Shown: positions 1 to 12,065 of the stretch, piece by piece | Layout of the letters: every line of letters begins with the position of its first letter | Numbering within the stretch: position 1 is the stretch's first letter | NCBI GenBank assembly: GCA_002269645.1 | Contig: NIVC01002619.1 | Coordinates: 7,580 to 71,579, forward strand | Origin: Macrostomum lignano | Lineage: Eukaryota | Reading direction: 5' to 3' | DNA length: 64,000 nt | Notes under the pieces: model-generated | The model's input: only the letters and a program-made list of their open reading frames with translations | The model's database searches: none | Told to the model about the DNA's origin: nothing | Made by a program: the position numbers and the translations under genes

Positions 1-503
1 GGAGGCTGGTGACCCAGCAACTGAGGATCTGGGAGGCTGGTGACCCAGCAACTGAGGATCTGGGAGGCTGGCCCAGCAACTGAGGATCTGGGAGGCTGGT
101 GGCCCAGCAACTGAGGATCTGGGAGGCTGGCCCAGCAACTGAGGATCTGGGAGGCTGGTGACCCAGCAACTGAGGATCTGGGAGGCTGGTGACCCAGCAA
201 CTGAGGATCTGGGAGGCTGGTGACCCAGCAACTGAGGATCTGGGAGGCTGGTCCAGCAACTGAGGATCTGGGAGGCTGGTGGCCCAGCAACTGAGGATCT
301 GGGAGGCTGGCCCAGCAACTGAGGATCTGGGAGGCTGGTGACCCAGCAACTGAGGATCTGGGAGGCTGGTGACCCAGCAACTGAGGATCTGGGAGGCTGG
401 CCCAGCAACTGAGGATCTGGGAGGCTGGTGACCCAGCAACTGAGGATCTGGGAGGCTGGCCCAGCAACTGAGGATCTGGGAGGCTGGTGACCCAGCAACT
501 GAG
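1..503. repeat. Minisatellite, 31-bp unit (28-bp variants) GGAGGCTGGTGACCCAGCAACTGAGGATCTG
   Basis: About 16 tandem copies, running off the window start. Confidence 0.97.
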
Positions 504-1035
504 ACCCCCACAGAATGAATACCAAGCAAAGGCTTAACAATTAAACCAATATTATCGTCAGTATCAAATTTCCATACTACACAAAAACTATATAATGGCG
601 CTGGACAACAGACAACGAAAATTATTACTAAATAATGATTTCAACAGACAAATCCATTTAATGAATCATTTTTGATAAACAGGGATATTCAAGATCAACA
701 GGGCTCCAAATATATAGGCAGACAGAAACGAAAATAAGAAAAAAAGAGGAAAAATGATTTTAGATACCGCTAGGCATGATGGCTTGAGTAAAACAAAAAT
801 AATATAAACTGTTCATTGTATCCATGTCAACAAAAAACGCAATCAAGAGAGTGACCAGTGCCAGCAATATGTATGGCGACTGGAAATGCTTTCTTTGTTG
901 AAAAAAAGTATAAGCAATCACACAAGCTGGATTTGGTTTTAGATGCGATTTTAGTACATTTATCTTTTCCGACAGCTCTACTAACAGTAGTGATTCAGAC
1001 GGTGAGAAAATCTATTTTTTTTAAGAATTTAAAGG

Positions 1036-1615
1036 CCACGACCCTGAGAAATCTGAGGTCACGAACATAAGAAATCTGAGTTTACGACCCTAAGAAGTCT
1101 GAGGTCACGACCCTGAGAAATCTAAGGTCATGACCCTGAGAAATCTGAGGTCATGACCCTAAGAAATCTGAGGTCACGACCCAGAGAAATCTGAGGTCAC
1201 GACCCTAAAAAATCTGAGGTCACGACCCTGAGAAATCTAAGGTCACGATCCTAAGAAATCTGAGGTCACGACCCAGAGAAATCTGAGGTCACGACCCTAA
1301 AAAATCTGAGGTCACGACCCTGAGAAATATAAGGTCACGATCCTAAGAAATCTGAGGTCACGACCCAGAGAAATCTGAGGTCACGACCCAGAGAAATCTG
1401 AGGTCACGAACATAAGAAATCTGAGTTTACGACCCTAAGAAATCTAAGGTCACGACCCTAAGAAATCTAAGGTCACGAGCCTAAGAAATCTCTGAGTTCA
1501 CGACCCTAATAATCTGAGGTCATTGCCCGAAGAAAGCTGAGGTCACAACCTCAAAGAGCTGCGGTAACGACCGTAAAATCCAAGGTCATTACCGAAAATC
1601 TGGGGTCACGGCCTT
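1036..1615. repeat. Minisatellite, 23-bp unit GAAATCTGAGGTCACGACCCTAA
   Basis: About 25 copies, decaying at the right end. Confidence 0.95.
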
Positions 1616-1791
1616 AAAAACATAAAGAATTAGAGCATAAATAAGAATTAACATCTGAGATGGCGATCTCAAAAATCGGTAAAAAGAGACAATCTGACAA
1701 ATCCGAGATGCATGATCCTCAAGTTAAAATGCCCCGGCCGTAAAAAAATCAATTCGATCGCGGTTACTCTGAGGCTTAAAAACACAGGCAG

Positions 1792-4700
1792 CTACTTAGC
1801 GGCCGAGGCGGTCTCAGCCATAGACAGCGCCAGGGCGTGCGCCCGGAAGTGAATTCGAGATTCCAAGCTGATCCCGCGGCAAGACAGACAGGCATCAATG
1901 CAGGCGGAGGCCTCCGGCCGGCGGCCCTCGTCCAGGCGCAGGTGGGCCAGCTCCAGCCAGGCCCAGGCGATCACGTGACGATCTTGCCGGATACGGCGGG
2001 CAAGGCGATCGTCGACGATTTCCTGATGGATGGTTGGGCAATTAACAAGGTGACCAGCGGGTTAACTGGCTGTTTTCTCTTTACCTGCTAACATGCAGGA
2101 CAAGTCATTCATATCATTATCCACACCTGTCAATCATAACCCTAGCCCTACACCTGTCAGTCATAACCCTAGCCCTACACCTGTGAGTCATAACCCTAAC
2201 CCTACATCTGTCAATCATAACCCTAACCCTACATCTGTCAATCATAACCCTAACCCTACATCTGTCAATCATAACCCTAACCCTACATCTGTCAATCATA
2301 ACCCTAACCCTACATCTGTCAATCATAACCCTAACCCTACACCTGTCAGTCATAACCCTAACCCTACACCTGTCAATCATAACCCTAACCCTACACCTGT
2401 CAATCATTACCCTAACCCTACACCTCTCAATCTTAACCCTAGCCCTACACCTGTCAATCATTACCCTAACCCTACACCTGTCAATCATAACCATTACCCT
2501 ACACCTGTCAATCATTACCCTAACCCTACACCTGTCAATCATAACCCTAACCTTACACGTGTCAATCATAACCCTAACCCTACATCTGTCAATCATAACT
2601 CTAACCCTACACCTGTCAATCATAACCCTAACCCTACATCTGTCAATCATAACCCTAACCCTACACCTGTCAATCATAACCCTAACCCTACACCTGTCAA
2701 TCATAACCCTAACCCTACACCTGTCAATCATAACCCTAACCCTACATCTGTCAATCATAACCCTAACCCTACATCTGTCAATCATAACTCTAACCCTACA
2801 CCTGTCAATCATAACCCTAACCCTACATCTGTCAATCATAACTCTAACCCTACACCTGTCAATCATAACCCTAACCCTACATCTGTCAATCATAACCCTA
2901 ACCCTACACCTGTCAATCATAACCCTAACCCTACACCTGTCAATCATAACCCTAACCCTACATCTGTCAATCATAACCCTAACCCTACACCTGTCAATCA
3001 TAACCCTAACCCTACACCTGTCAATCATAACCATAACCCTACACCTGTCAATCATAACCATAACCCTACACCTGTCAATCATAACCCTAACCCTACACCT
3101 GTCAATCATAACCCTAACCCTACATCTGTCAATCATAACCCTAACCCTACATCTGTCAATCATAACCCTAACCCTACACCTGTCAATCATAACCCTAACC
3201 CTACATCTGTCAATCATAACCCTAACCCTACACCTGTAAATCATAACCCTAACCCTACACCTGTCAATCATAACCATAACCCTACACCTGTCAATCATAA
3301 CCATAACCCTACACCTGTCAATCATAACCATAACCCTACACCTGTCAATCATAACCCTAACCCTACACCTGTCAATCATAACCCTAACCCTACATCTGTC
3401 AATCATAACCCTAACCCTACATCTGTCAATCATAACCCTAACCCTACACCTGTCAATCATAACCCTAACCCTACATCTGTCAATCATAACCCTAACCCTA
3501 CACCTGTCAATCATAACCCTAACCCTACACCTGTCAATCATAACCATAACCCTACACCTGTCAATCATAACCATAACCCTACACCTGTCAATCATAACCA
3601 TAACCCTACACCTGTCAATCATAACCCTAACCCTACACCTGTCAATTATACGCGAAATCCTACAAGAGTCAACCATAAACATAACTTTAAAATTACCCGC
3701 ACTTGTCAATCAATCACACTCAACATAAATTGAAGCTGTACAACCTACACACCTGAAAGCACTTGTCGGCAGCCTCAGTCTGATTCAACTGTTTCAAACA
3801 GGCGCCTCGAAGCAGCAGAATCAGAGCGGCGTCATCGTCAGGATAGGGCCAGCTGCCACCAGCCTGCGCAGAGTCGCCCTGACCTGAGGTGACCCGGCCT
3901 CTGTCCAGCTGGTCGGAGGCCAAATCAACGGCCGCTAAAAACGAACGAACCACGTCGGGGCCTTCGCAACCAACTAAAGGGAAGCCGTTCCACACGTAGA
4001 CCACCTCCAGGCCCGGCAGGGTGAGCCGGCCGCCCTGTTCGGCGAATCGGCGAGCCCGGCGCATGGCGAACTTTTCTATTGGCAAACTCTTGCCAGCGAT
4101 GCGCTTGTATAGGCGGGGCACCTGAGCGGTGGTGGGGGTGAGTGACTGGTGTCAGTTGCGATTGACAGGCAATGAGTATTGATGACAATGTATAATGAAT
4201 GACAGTTTTAGGATTATGATTGGCAGGTGTAGCGAGTGACTGGAATATTTGATTATGATTGACAGGTGTGGGGAATGGCATGCATACAGTAGGATCCTAT
4301 TGATTGACAGGTGTGGGGAATGGCATGCTGAGAATCATAATGATTGACAGGTGTGGGGAATGGCATGCTGAGGATCCTATTGATTGACAGGTGTGGGGAA
4401 TGGCATGCTGAGGATCCTATTGATTGACAGGTGTGGGGAATGGCATGCTGAGGATCCTATTGATTGACAGGTGTGGGGAATGGCATGCTGAGGATCCTAT
4501 TGATTGACAGGTGTGGGGAATGGCATGCTGAGGATCCTATTGATTGACAGGTGTGGGGAATGGCATGCTGAGGATCCTATTGATTGACAGGTGTGGGGAA
4601 TGGCATGCTGAGGATCCTATTGATTGACAGGTGTGGGGAATGGCATGCTGAGGATCCTATTGATTGACAGGTGTGGAGAATGGCATGCTGAGAATCATAA

Positions 4701-7700
4701 TGACTAACAGGTGTGGCGAATGGCATGCTGAAGATTATAATGATTGACAGGTGTGGGGAATGGCATGCTGAGGATCCTATTGATTGACAGGTGTGGGGAA
4801 TGGCATGCTGAGGATCCTATTGATTGACAGGTGTGGGGAATGGCATGCTGAGGATCCTATTGATTGACAGGTGTGGAGAATGGCATGCTGAGGATCATAA
4901 TGATTGACAGGTGTGGGGAATGGCATGCTGAGGACCATAATGATTGACAGGTGTGGGGAATGGCATGCTGAGGACCATAATGATTGACAGGTGTGGGGAA
5001 TGGCATGCTGAGGACCATAATGATTGACAGATGTGGGGAATAGGATGCTGAGGATCCTATTGATTGACAGGTGTGGGGAATGGCATGCTGAGGACCATAA
5101 TGATTGACAGGTGTGGGGAATGGCATGCTGAGGACCATAATGATTGACAGATGTGGGGAATAGGATGCTGAGGATCCTATTGATTGACAGGTGTGGGGAA
5201 CGGCATGTTTAGGATTCTATTGACTGACAGGTGTGGAGAAAAGTATGCTCAGGGTTTAGGTTATGACAGACACGTGCTAGGAATGAAAAGCTCACACCTT
5301 GTCCATCAAACCGGCAACGTGGTCTTCATCGCCAGTCGCAGCCTTGGCGCCCTCATCTCCTGTCCCGGCGCCATTCTGGTATTGGTAAAGAAATGCCGCC
5401 TTCTGATAAACCAGCGTGGCCTTACTCCATCGGGACTCTTTGGCTAGTATCTCGGCGTATTTCATAGACAAAAGCCAATCGGCTTTGTAAGCTTGAGTCC
5501 ACATTAGCTCCCAGTAGCAGACAAGATGCAGTTGGATCCATTCGGTCTGGCTTTCAATGCTGCGCTCGAATGCTTGGATAGCTCGGTGCGAGTTGCCGGA
5601 TAGCAGCTGCTGACGGCCCTGAATTTGAGTTTGATAAATAATCAGAAACTTCAGGATAATTTTTTATAAGGAGGTCATTGACCTCCATAGAGAAAAAGCA
5701 AGATAAATCAGAATACTATCCAACCAACAATATATGGGGCCATTGACCCCATCCCCAAATGAAAGCAAAGCACCCTATTCAGAACTTGAAAGCGGTACAT
5801 TAAATAGCGACAGGAGAGGCCATTAACTCCCAGCCTCTAAAAACAATAAGCCAATAAGGGTTTAAGAATCATCGGGTGTCATTGATCCCACAAAAAACTA
5901 AGCGCCAACTAGAATATAATATCTTAACCTCAGAATTATGAGAGGGGTCATTGACACCACAAAAAAGCCAATTAAAACCTGCTACTTAGACCTAGAATCA
6001 TGAGGGGTCATTGACCCCCCAAAAGAAACTAAGAGCCAATTGGAATCTACTACTTACACCTAGAATCATGGAGAGGGGTCATTGACCCCCCCCCCCAACA
6101 AGAAATAAAGAGCCAATTAAAATCTACCACTTACCCCTAGAATCAGGGGGTCATTGACCCCCCACAAGAAATAAAGAGCCAATTAAAATCTGCTACTTAG
6201 ACCTAGAATCATGAGGGGTCATTGACCCCTCAAAAGAAACTAAGAGCCAATTGGAATCTACTACTTACACCTAGAATCATGGAGAGGGGTCATTGACCCC
6301 CACAACAAGAAATAAAGAGCCAATTAAAATCTACCACTTACCCCTAGAATCAGGGGGGTCATTGAACCCCCCCCCCCCCACAAGAAATAAAGAGCCAATT
6401 AAAATCTGCTACTTAGACCTAGAATCATGAGGGGTCATTGACCCCTCAAAAGAAACTAAGAGCCAATTGGAATCTACTACTTACACCTAGAATCATGGAG
6501 AGGGGTCATTGACCCCCACAACAAGAAATAAAGAGCCAATTAAAATCTACCACTTACCCCTAGAATCAGGGGGGTCATTAAACCCCCCCCCCACAAGAAA
6601 TAAAGAGCCAATTAGAATCTAAGACTTACGCCTAGATTCATGCCGGAGGGGTCATTGACCCTCCGTGGAAGCTAAAGAGCCAATCCACCGCTAGCAATGC
6701 CCTTATATACTCACCTGAAAGTACAGGAACATAGCCCCATCGGGGTGAGCAGCTAAGCAGGGCTCCAACAGCTGGTGGACAGCGGCTAAATCGCAGCCTC
6801 CGGCACCCAGGATATGAGCAAAGGTAGTGTGATAGACTAGCAGTATAATCCTGCCCAGGGGTGCCCGGACACTGCCGTCCAACTCGGTGGCCAGCCGAAT
6901 CTGCTCGAGTCCGTATCGCCTGTCGCCGGAGAATCCAACGAACTCCAACAGTCTGAGCAGTCGGGGCGGCAGCAGACTCAGCAGCAGATTGAAAGCGCCT
7001 TCTCCAATTCTAGCGCCGCTTTCGAAATGCAAGCGCAGTTCGGCGTTCAACCAGCGGCGCTTGTGCAACAGGCGCCAGCACTCTTTGTAGGCTTTGTAGC
7101 ACTCGCGAATCTTGATGCCGCCCTGGATTGGATTGTTGTGATGCGGTCTTTGTTCAGCCTAATCCAGTCGCTGTACAGATAAATCAGTTTGTTTAGCCTA
7201 ATCTAGTCTGAAAAGATAACTCAGTGTTTGTTCAGCTTAATCCAGTCTCTGTACACATAGACTCTGTCTGTCTCAAATCTCAAATCTCAAATCTCAAATC
7301 TGATCTTTGTTAACGTCGAACTCAGTCGATTTACAGTTTTTGTCTTTGTTTGCACAAAAATTTAATTGGACGTTTTTATGGTGAACTCTGGTCTTTGTGG
7401 TCTGAATTGTGGTCTTTTTCACAGTGAAATGTGGTCTTTCTTCACAGTAAAACCAGTTCTTTGTTCACAGTGAAAAGTGGTCTTTGTTCACAGGAAATGT
7501 GGTCTTTCTTCACAGTAAAATCAGTTCTTTGTTCACAGTGAAAAGTGGTCTTTGTTCACAGGAAATGTGGTCTTTCTTCACAGTAAAATCAGGTCTTTGT
7601 TCACAGTGAAATGTGGTCTTTCTTCACAGTAAAATCAGGTCTTTGTTCACAGTGAAATGTAATCTTTGTTCACAGTGAAATGTGGTCTTTGTTTACAGTG

Positions 7701-9391
7701 AAATGTGGTCTTTGTTCACAGTGAAATGTGGTCTTTGTTTACAGTGAAATGTGGTCTTTGTTTACAGTGAAATGTGGTCTTTGTTCACAGTGAAATGTGG
7801 TCTTTGTTCATAGTGAAATGTGGTCTTTGTTCACAGTGAAATGTGGTCTTTGTTTACAGTGAAATGTGGTCTTTGTTCATAGTGAAATGTGGTCTTTGTT
7901 CACAGTGAAATGTGGTCTTTGTTCACAGTGAAATGTGGTCTTTGTTTACAGTGAAATGTGGTCTTTGTTTACAGTGAAATGTGGTCTTTGTTTACAGTGA
8001 AATGTGGTCTTTGTTTACAGTGAAATGTGGTCTTTGTTCACAGTGAAATGTGGTGTTTGTTTACAGTGAAATCGATCTAGAGTCCATTTTTAAAAGATTT
8101 GTTTTATACGAGTGTATTCGAAACCATCAGGCAAATTTACCTTGACAAAAGCAATAAAATTCTCGTCCTGAAGAAACGTGAGCACAGCTTTTTCTAATAA
8201 CAACTCAGCGTAGCACAGCTCAGCGTGGCACTGCTCGTCAGTGAAATCGTTCGGCTGACGAGACGCTACGAAGCCTCGGCGTCGTAGCCGCTGAGAGACT
8301 TGCAGGCCCTGTTTAGTGGCGTCCAAAGCCTGCTGTATGTTAGGGCGCTCCATAGTCATGGAGGCCTGCAGGTAGCAGATGGTGGCGTAGCCCAGGCTGT
8401 GGTACATGGATGTGGCCGACCTGGGTATTGTTGGTGTCATCAAATGTGTGACATTTTCTGTGCCTTATCTGACTACTGGATCTCTAATAATGGCGTCATC
8501 TATATCTAATAATAGCGTCATCGATATCTAATAATAGCGTCATCGATATCTAGTAATTGCGTCATCGATATCTAATAATAGTGTCATCGATATTTAATAA
8601 TGGCGTCATCGATATCTAATAATAGCGTCATCGATATCTAACAATGGCGTCATCGATATTTAATCATGGCGCCATCGATATCTAGTAATTGCGTCATCGA
8701 TATCTAATAATAGTGTCATCGATATCTAATAATAACGCCATCGATATCTAATAATAGCGTCATCGATATCTAATAATAGTGTCATCGATATTTAATAATG
8801 GCGTCATCGATATCTAATAATGGCACCATCGATATGTAATAATGACGTCATCGATATCTTATATTGGCGCCATTTATAACCAAAAGTACATTTCAAGTGA
8901 TTTAAAAACCAACTCACAGCGGTTCCATAACGGCCCTGGCCTTCTCAAACTGGTTACTAAGGAACAGGTCTAGAGCATTTTGAGCTTCGCCAATCGACTG
9001 GAGCAAGTCTGGCAAGTCAGCTGGTGGCGGCAAAGGAGGCAGTTGAGCGGCATCCCCTAGCAACTGAGAGGCTGATTCCTCTCGTTCCAAGGCCATTGCA
9101 GAATCAACACCATTTACACTGTGAAAAGAAAAATTAAATTAGTGCTGAGACATGCCTGCATACAGAATTGATATTTTAAATAAAAACCTAATCACTTACA
9201 CTGCATCTTGATCTTCAGCTTCATCATCAGATAGAAACTCGACAGCATCTTCAAATGCCTAAATTTTAAGTTATGTTAGCTTAGTGTCTTAATATGTTAA
9301 ACAATTTATTTATTAAAAAAGTAGCAAGTAAAAAATGATAACTTACCTCTTCATCATTCATACTCTGAAGACTTTCTTTGTCCTTTTCCAT
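1792..9391 (-). CDS. TTC39B: TTC39-family tetratricopeptide repeat protein (TTC39A/B-like, IML2 family), 8 coding exons, 637 aa
   Basis: Exons (minus): 9391-9347, 9258-9200, 9118-8918, 8420-8141, 7122-6715, 5618-5298, 4121-3753, 2022-1792. All junctions are GT-AG, phases are consistent, and the 1914-nt frame is open. Family motifs: SMYHSLGYATI, CHAELCYAE..LEKAVLTFLQDENFIAFVKGGIKIRECYKAYKEC, HFESG..IGEGAFNLLLSLLPPRLLRLLEFVGFSGDR, CYWELMW, ESRWSKATLVYQKAAFL, RIAGKSLPIEKFA, LESRIHFRAHAL. The paralog letter (A/B) is not resolvable by eye. Confidence 0.93.
2122..3660. repeat. 27-bp minisatellite containing two telomeric AACCCT hexamers (TTC39 intron 7)
   Basis: Unit ACACCTGTCAATCATAACCCTAACCCT, about 56 copies. 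Source of the spurious 546/530/226-aa ORFs. Confidence 0.97.
4258..5250. repeat. 40-bp minisatellite (TTC39 intron 6)
   Basis: Unit TGATTGACAGGTGTGGGGAATGGCATGCTGAGGATCCTAT, about 24 copies. Confidence 0.97.
5670..6680. repeat. About 70-bp palindrome-cored repeat with about 210-216-bp three-unit higher-order structure (TTC39 intron 5)
   Basis: 14 copies of the core GGGGTCATTGACCCC or variants. Confidence 0.9.
7400..8072. repeat. 23-bp minisatellite ACAGTGAAATGTGGTCTTTGTTY (TTC39 intron 4)
   Basis: About 29 copies. Confidence 0.95.
8485..8875. repeat. 22-bp minisatellite GCGTCATCGATATCTAATAATA (TTC39 intron 3)
   Basis: About 17 copies. Confidence 0.93.
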
Positions 9392-10269
9392 CTTTAAAAC
9401 TGAATAAAGCACATAAAAACAAAAAAAATGGATGGTATATCAACTGTCTTGTTTATAATGCCATACTTAGATAGCTTTTGAAACTTTGACAGTTTCAAGC
9501 AATCAGCTTAAAATGCATTGGCCCCCTGCTATTTTTAATTACTTTGAAATCTTTTCTGGGCCAATTTAGGGTTTTAATTTTGAAGCTTATTGAATAAGAT
9601 TAGCAAAAAATACAAATAAAATTAGTAAGATATAGAGCATTCTGCCCTAAAAATACAAAGCTTAAAGATTATAAGAACATATAATTTAAAAATATTGAAA
9701 TAGTTCTATATCTAAATTATCAAAATTAAGAAAAACCTTGTTGCAGGAAAAACTTGACAAGAAAACCTTTAGCAAGAAATCCTCATTGCAGGAAAAGCTC
9801 ATGGCCTTGTGCAAGCAAATTTCAGTAGAATTTTTTTGCAATAATTTTTGTGCTTCTAATAAGATATAAATAATGAAAAAACTTGTTAAAATAAATAATA
9901 TTAATTTGATAGGCCTACTAATAATATTATTAAATACACAATGATGCATATATAATTCTAAATTTATAGATAACAAGCTGTTGAAACCTGCGGATTTTGA
10001 ACCTGGGGAATTCTAATCCCTGGAACTACTTTTGCATGAATTCTGAAATCTAAGGCCATACACAAACAAAGACTTGTTAATAGTTAGTAGGATAGAAGTA
10101 GACATAAAATGGACACATTTGTGTAAAATTAGGATTTGAAGGCAAACATTGAAATTGTTGGCTGGGGTACTGCACAGAATGTCAGGCAATGTCTGTCTGA
10201 CTCTAAAACATGTATTGGCAAACTTTGGCCTCTCCCTGACTCTCCCTATGTCCCTAGCATCCTTTCCTT

Positions 10270-11220
10270 TAAAATTTCTATTGTCTCTTCTGTTTCCTCT
10301 CTTCTCTCTCGTCCCTTGTCTCTCCTCTCTCCCCTCTTTTCTCATATCTTCCCTCATCCCTCTTCTCTTTCATCTCTCTTATCTCATCTCTTGTCTCTTC
10401 TTTTCTCTCTCCTCTCCCCCTCTACTCTCTTCTCTTCCTTCTCCTCTATTCTTTTCTCTCTTCTCTTAACTCTTTCCTCTACTCTCTCATCTCTCCTCTT
10501 TCCTCTCTCTCTCTCCTCTCATCTCTTCTTTCCTCTCTCCCTTCTTCTCTCGTCTCTTCCTTCACCTCTTTGCTCTCTCATCTTTCCTTTCTCTTCTTTT
10601 ATCTTTTCTCTCTTATCTCTCCTCCTCTGTCCTCTCTCCTCTCGTCTTTGTAATCTCTCCTCTGTTCCCTCTACTCTCTCATCTTTCATCTGTTCACTCT
10701 TGTCTCTGCTCTCTCATCCCCTTCTTTAATCTGGCATCTCTGTCTTATATGTTCTCTCACCTCTCTCCTCTGTACTCTTTTCTTTCCCCTCTTGACTCCT
10801 CACTTTCCTTTCTCCTTTCTTCTTTTCTCTTCTCTTCCCTTTTCTATACTCTCTCTCCCTCTCCACTCTCCTCTCTTGTTTATCTCTCATCTCTCATTTC
10901 TCATCTCTCCTTCCACCTCTCACATCTCTACAACCTTAGAGATGTATCTTTATCTCTTCTCTCTTCCCTTTACTCTCTCATCTCTTCTTTCACCTCTTTC
11001 CTCTATGCTCTCCTTTCTGCTGTCTCCCCTCTCCTCTTATCTGCAGCTCTCTGCTCTCTCATCTCTACTCTCTCCCCTCTTCTCCCCTTCTCTCTCATTG
11101 TCCTCACCCCTCATCTCTCCTATTATCTTTTATCTTTTCTTTTATCCCCTCTGTCGCCTCTTCTCTCTCCAAATCGTCTATTCCTTCTTCTTTCCACTCT
11201 CATCTGCCCCTCAGCGGCTC
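10270..11220. repeat. Polypyrimidine (CT-rich) low-complexity tract
   Basis: Almost purely C/T; produces spurious Ser/Leu ORFs. Confidence 0.9.
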
Positions 11221-12065
11221 AGCCATGAGCTGGATTCTTTATCTGGCCTTTGAGGTAAAAGTCTGCCCATCCCTGCTTGGAAAGCCAGTTTGTGGGACAT
11301 AGTACTCTTATGGTTGTTCTCATGCTTTGATCACGTCATCTTTCTTGCCAATTTGCAGCCCTGAAAGGAATTTGTGTATCTTTAGCTCTATTGCAATCTG
11401 TATCAGTCTAACAACCAAGGAAATATGCATTTCTTAGGAGGCCATTTAAAATTTCCATGGTGTGCCTAATTTAGTAGGGTTGTATAGATTGCATCGCATT
11501 GCCTTTTCATAAATCTTTTGCTTTTACAAACCATGCTGGATTCCATCAATTTGCCAATTGCCATCCACTGTTAAACTGCTGTATAGTTTGCCAATACAGA
11601 GGGGAGGGCAGTGGTTAGAATTTCTCACTAAACTGTTATGGCTAAACATAGCCTCTCTAGTCTCTACTCTCAAGTGGCAAGTCAAGTAGCTAAAAATTCA
11701 AATGGCCAATTCAATATAGAATCTTCAAATAGGCCTACTTTTAAAGAATGCCAATTGATTTGTTAAAGACAATTTTTCTACAAGTTTTATATCAAAGACA
11801 AAGTGCTAATAGTATAAGCTTGTCATTTGGCAATTGACTTTTGCAATCAGTAAGCTTTTTGATAATTCTACAATGTCATTTCAAATGAAGCACAATAGCA
11901 CATTATTGCACAAGGCCTATTGGTCAATGTTTGACCTACACTCAATTTTTTATGGCATACATTTGTAATTATTCAATTTTTGTTCAAGCATATACCCAGT
12001 GTGATCTATACTAGGCCCTGTAGACTGCATTAACATACACTAATAATACTTAAGCCTAACCAGGC

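Noticed and set aside
520-900. Hydrophobic multi-TM-looking peptides on the minus strand
   Set aside because: Interrupted by stops; a T-rich strand yields Phe/Leu/Ile by composition; no recognisable family.
2093-3733. 546-aa, 530-aa and 226-aa repetitive ORFs
   Set aside because: Translations of a 27-bp intronic satellite (length divisible by 3) inside TTC39 intron 7.
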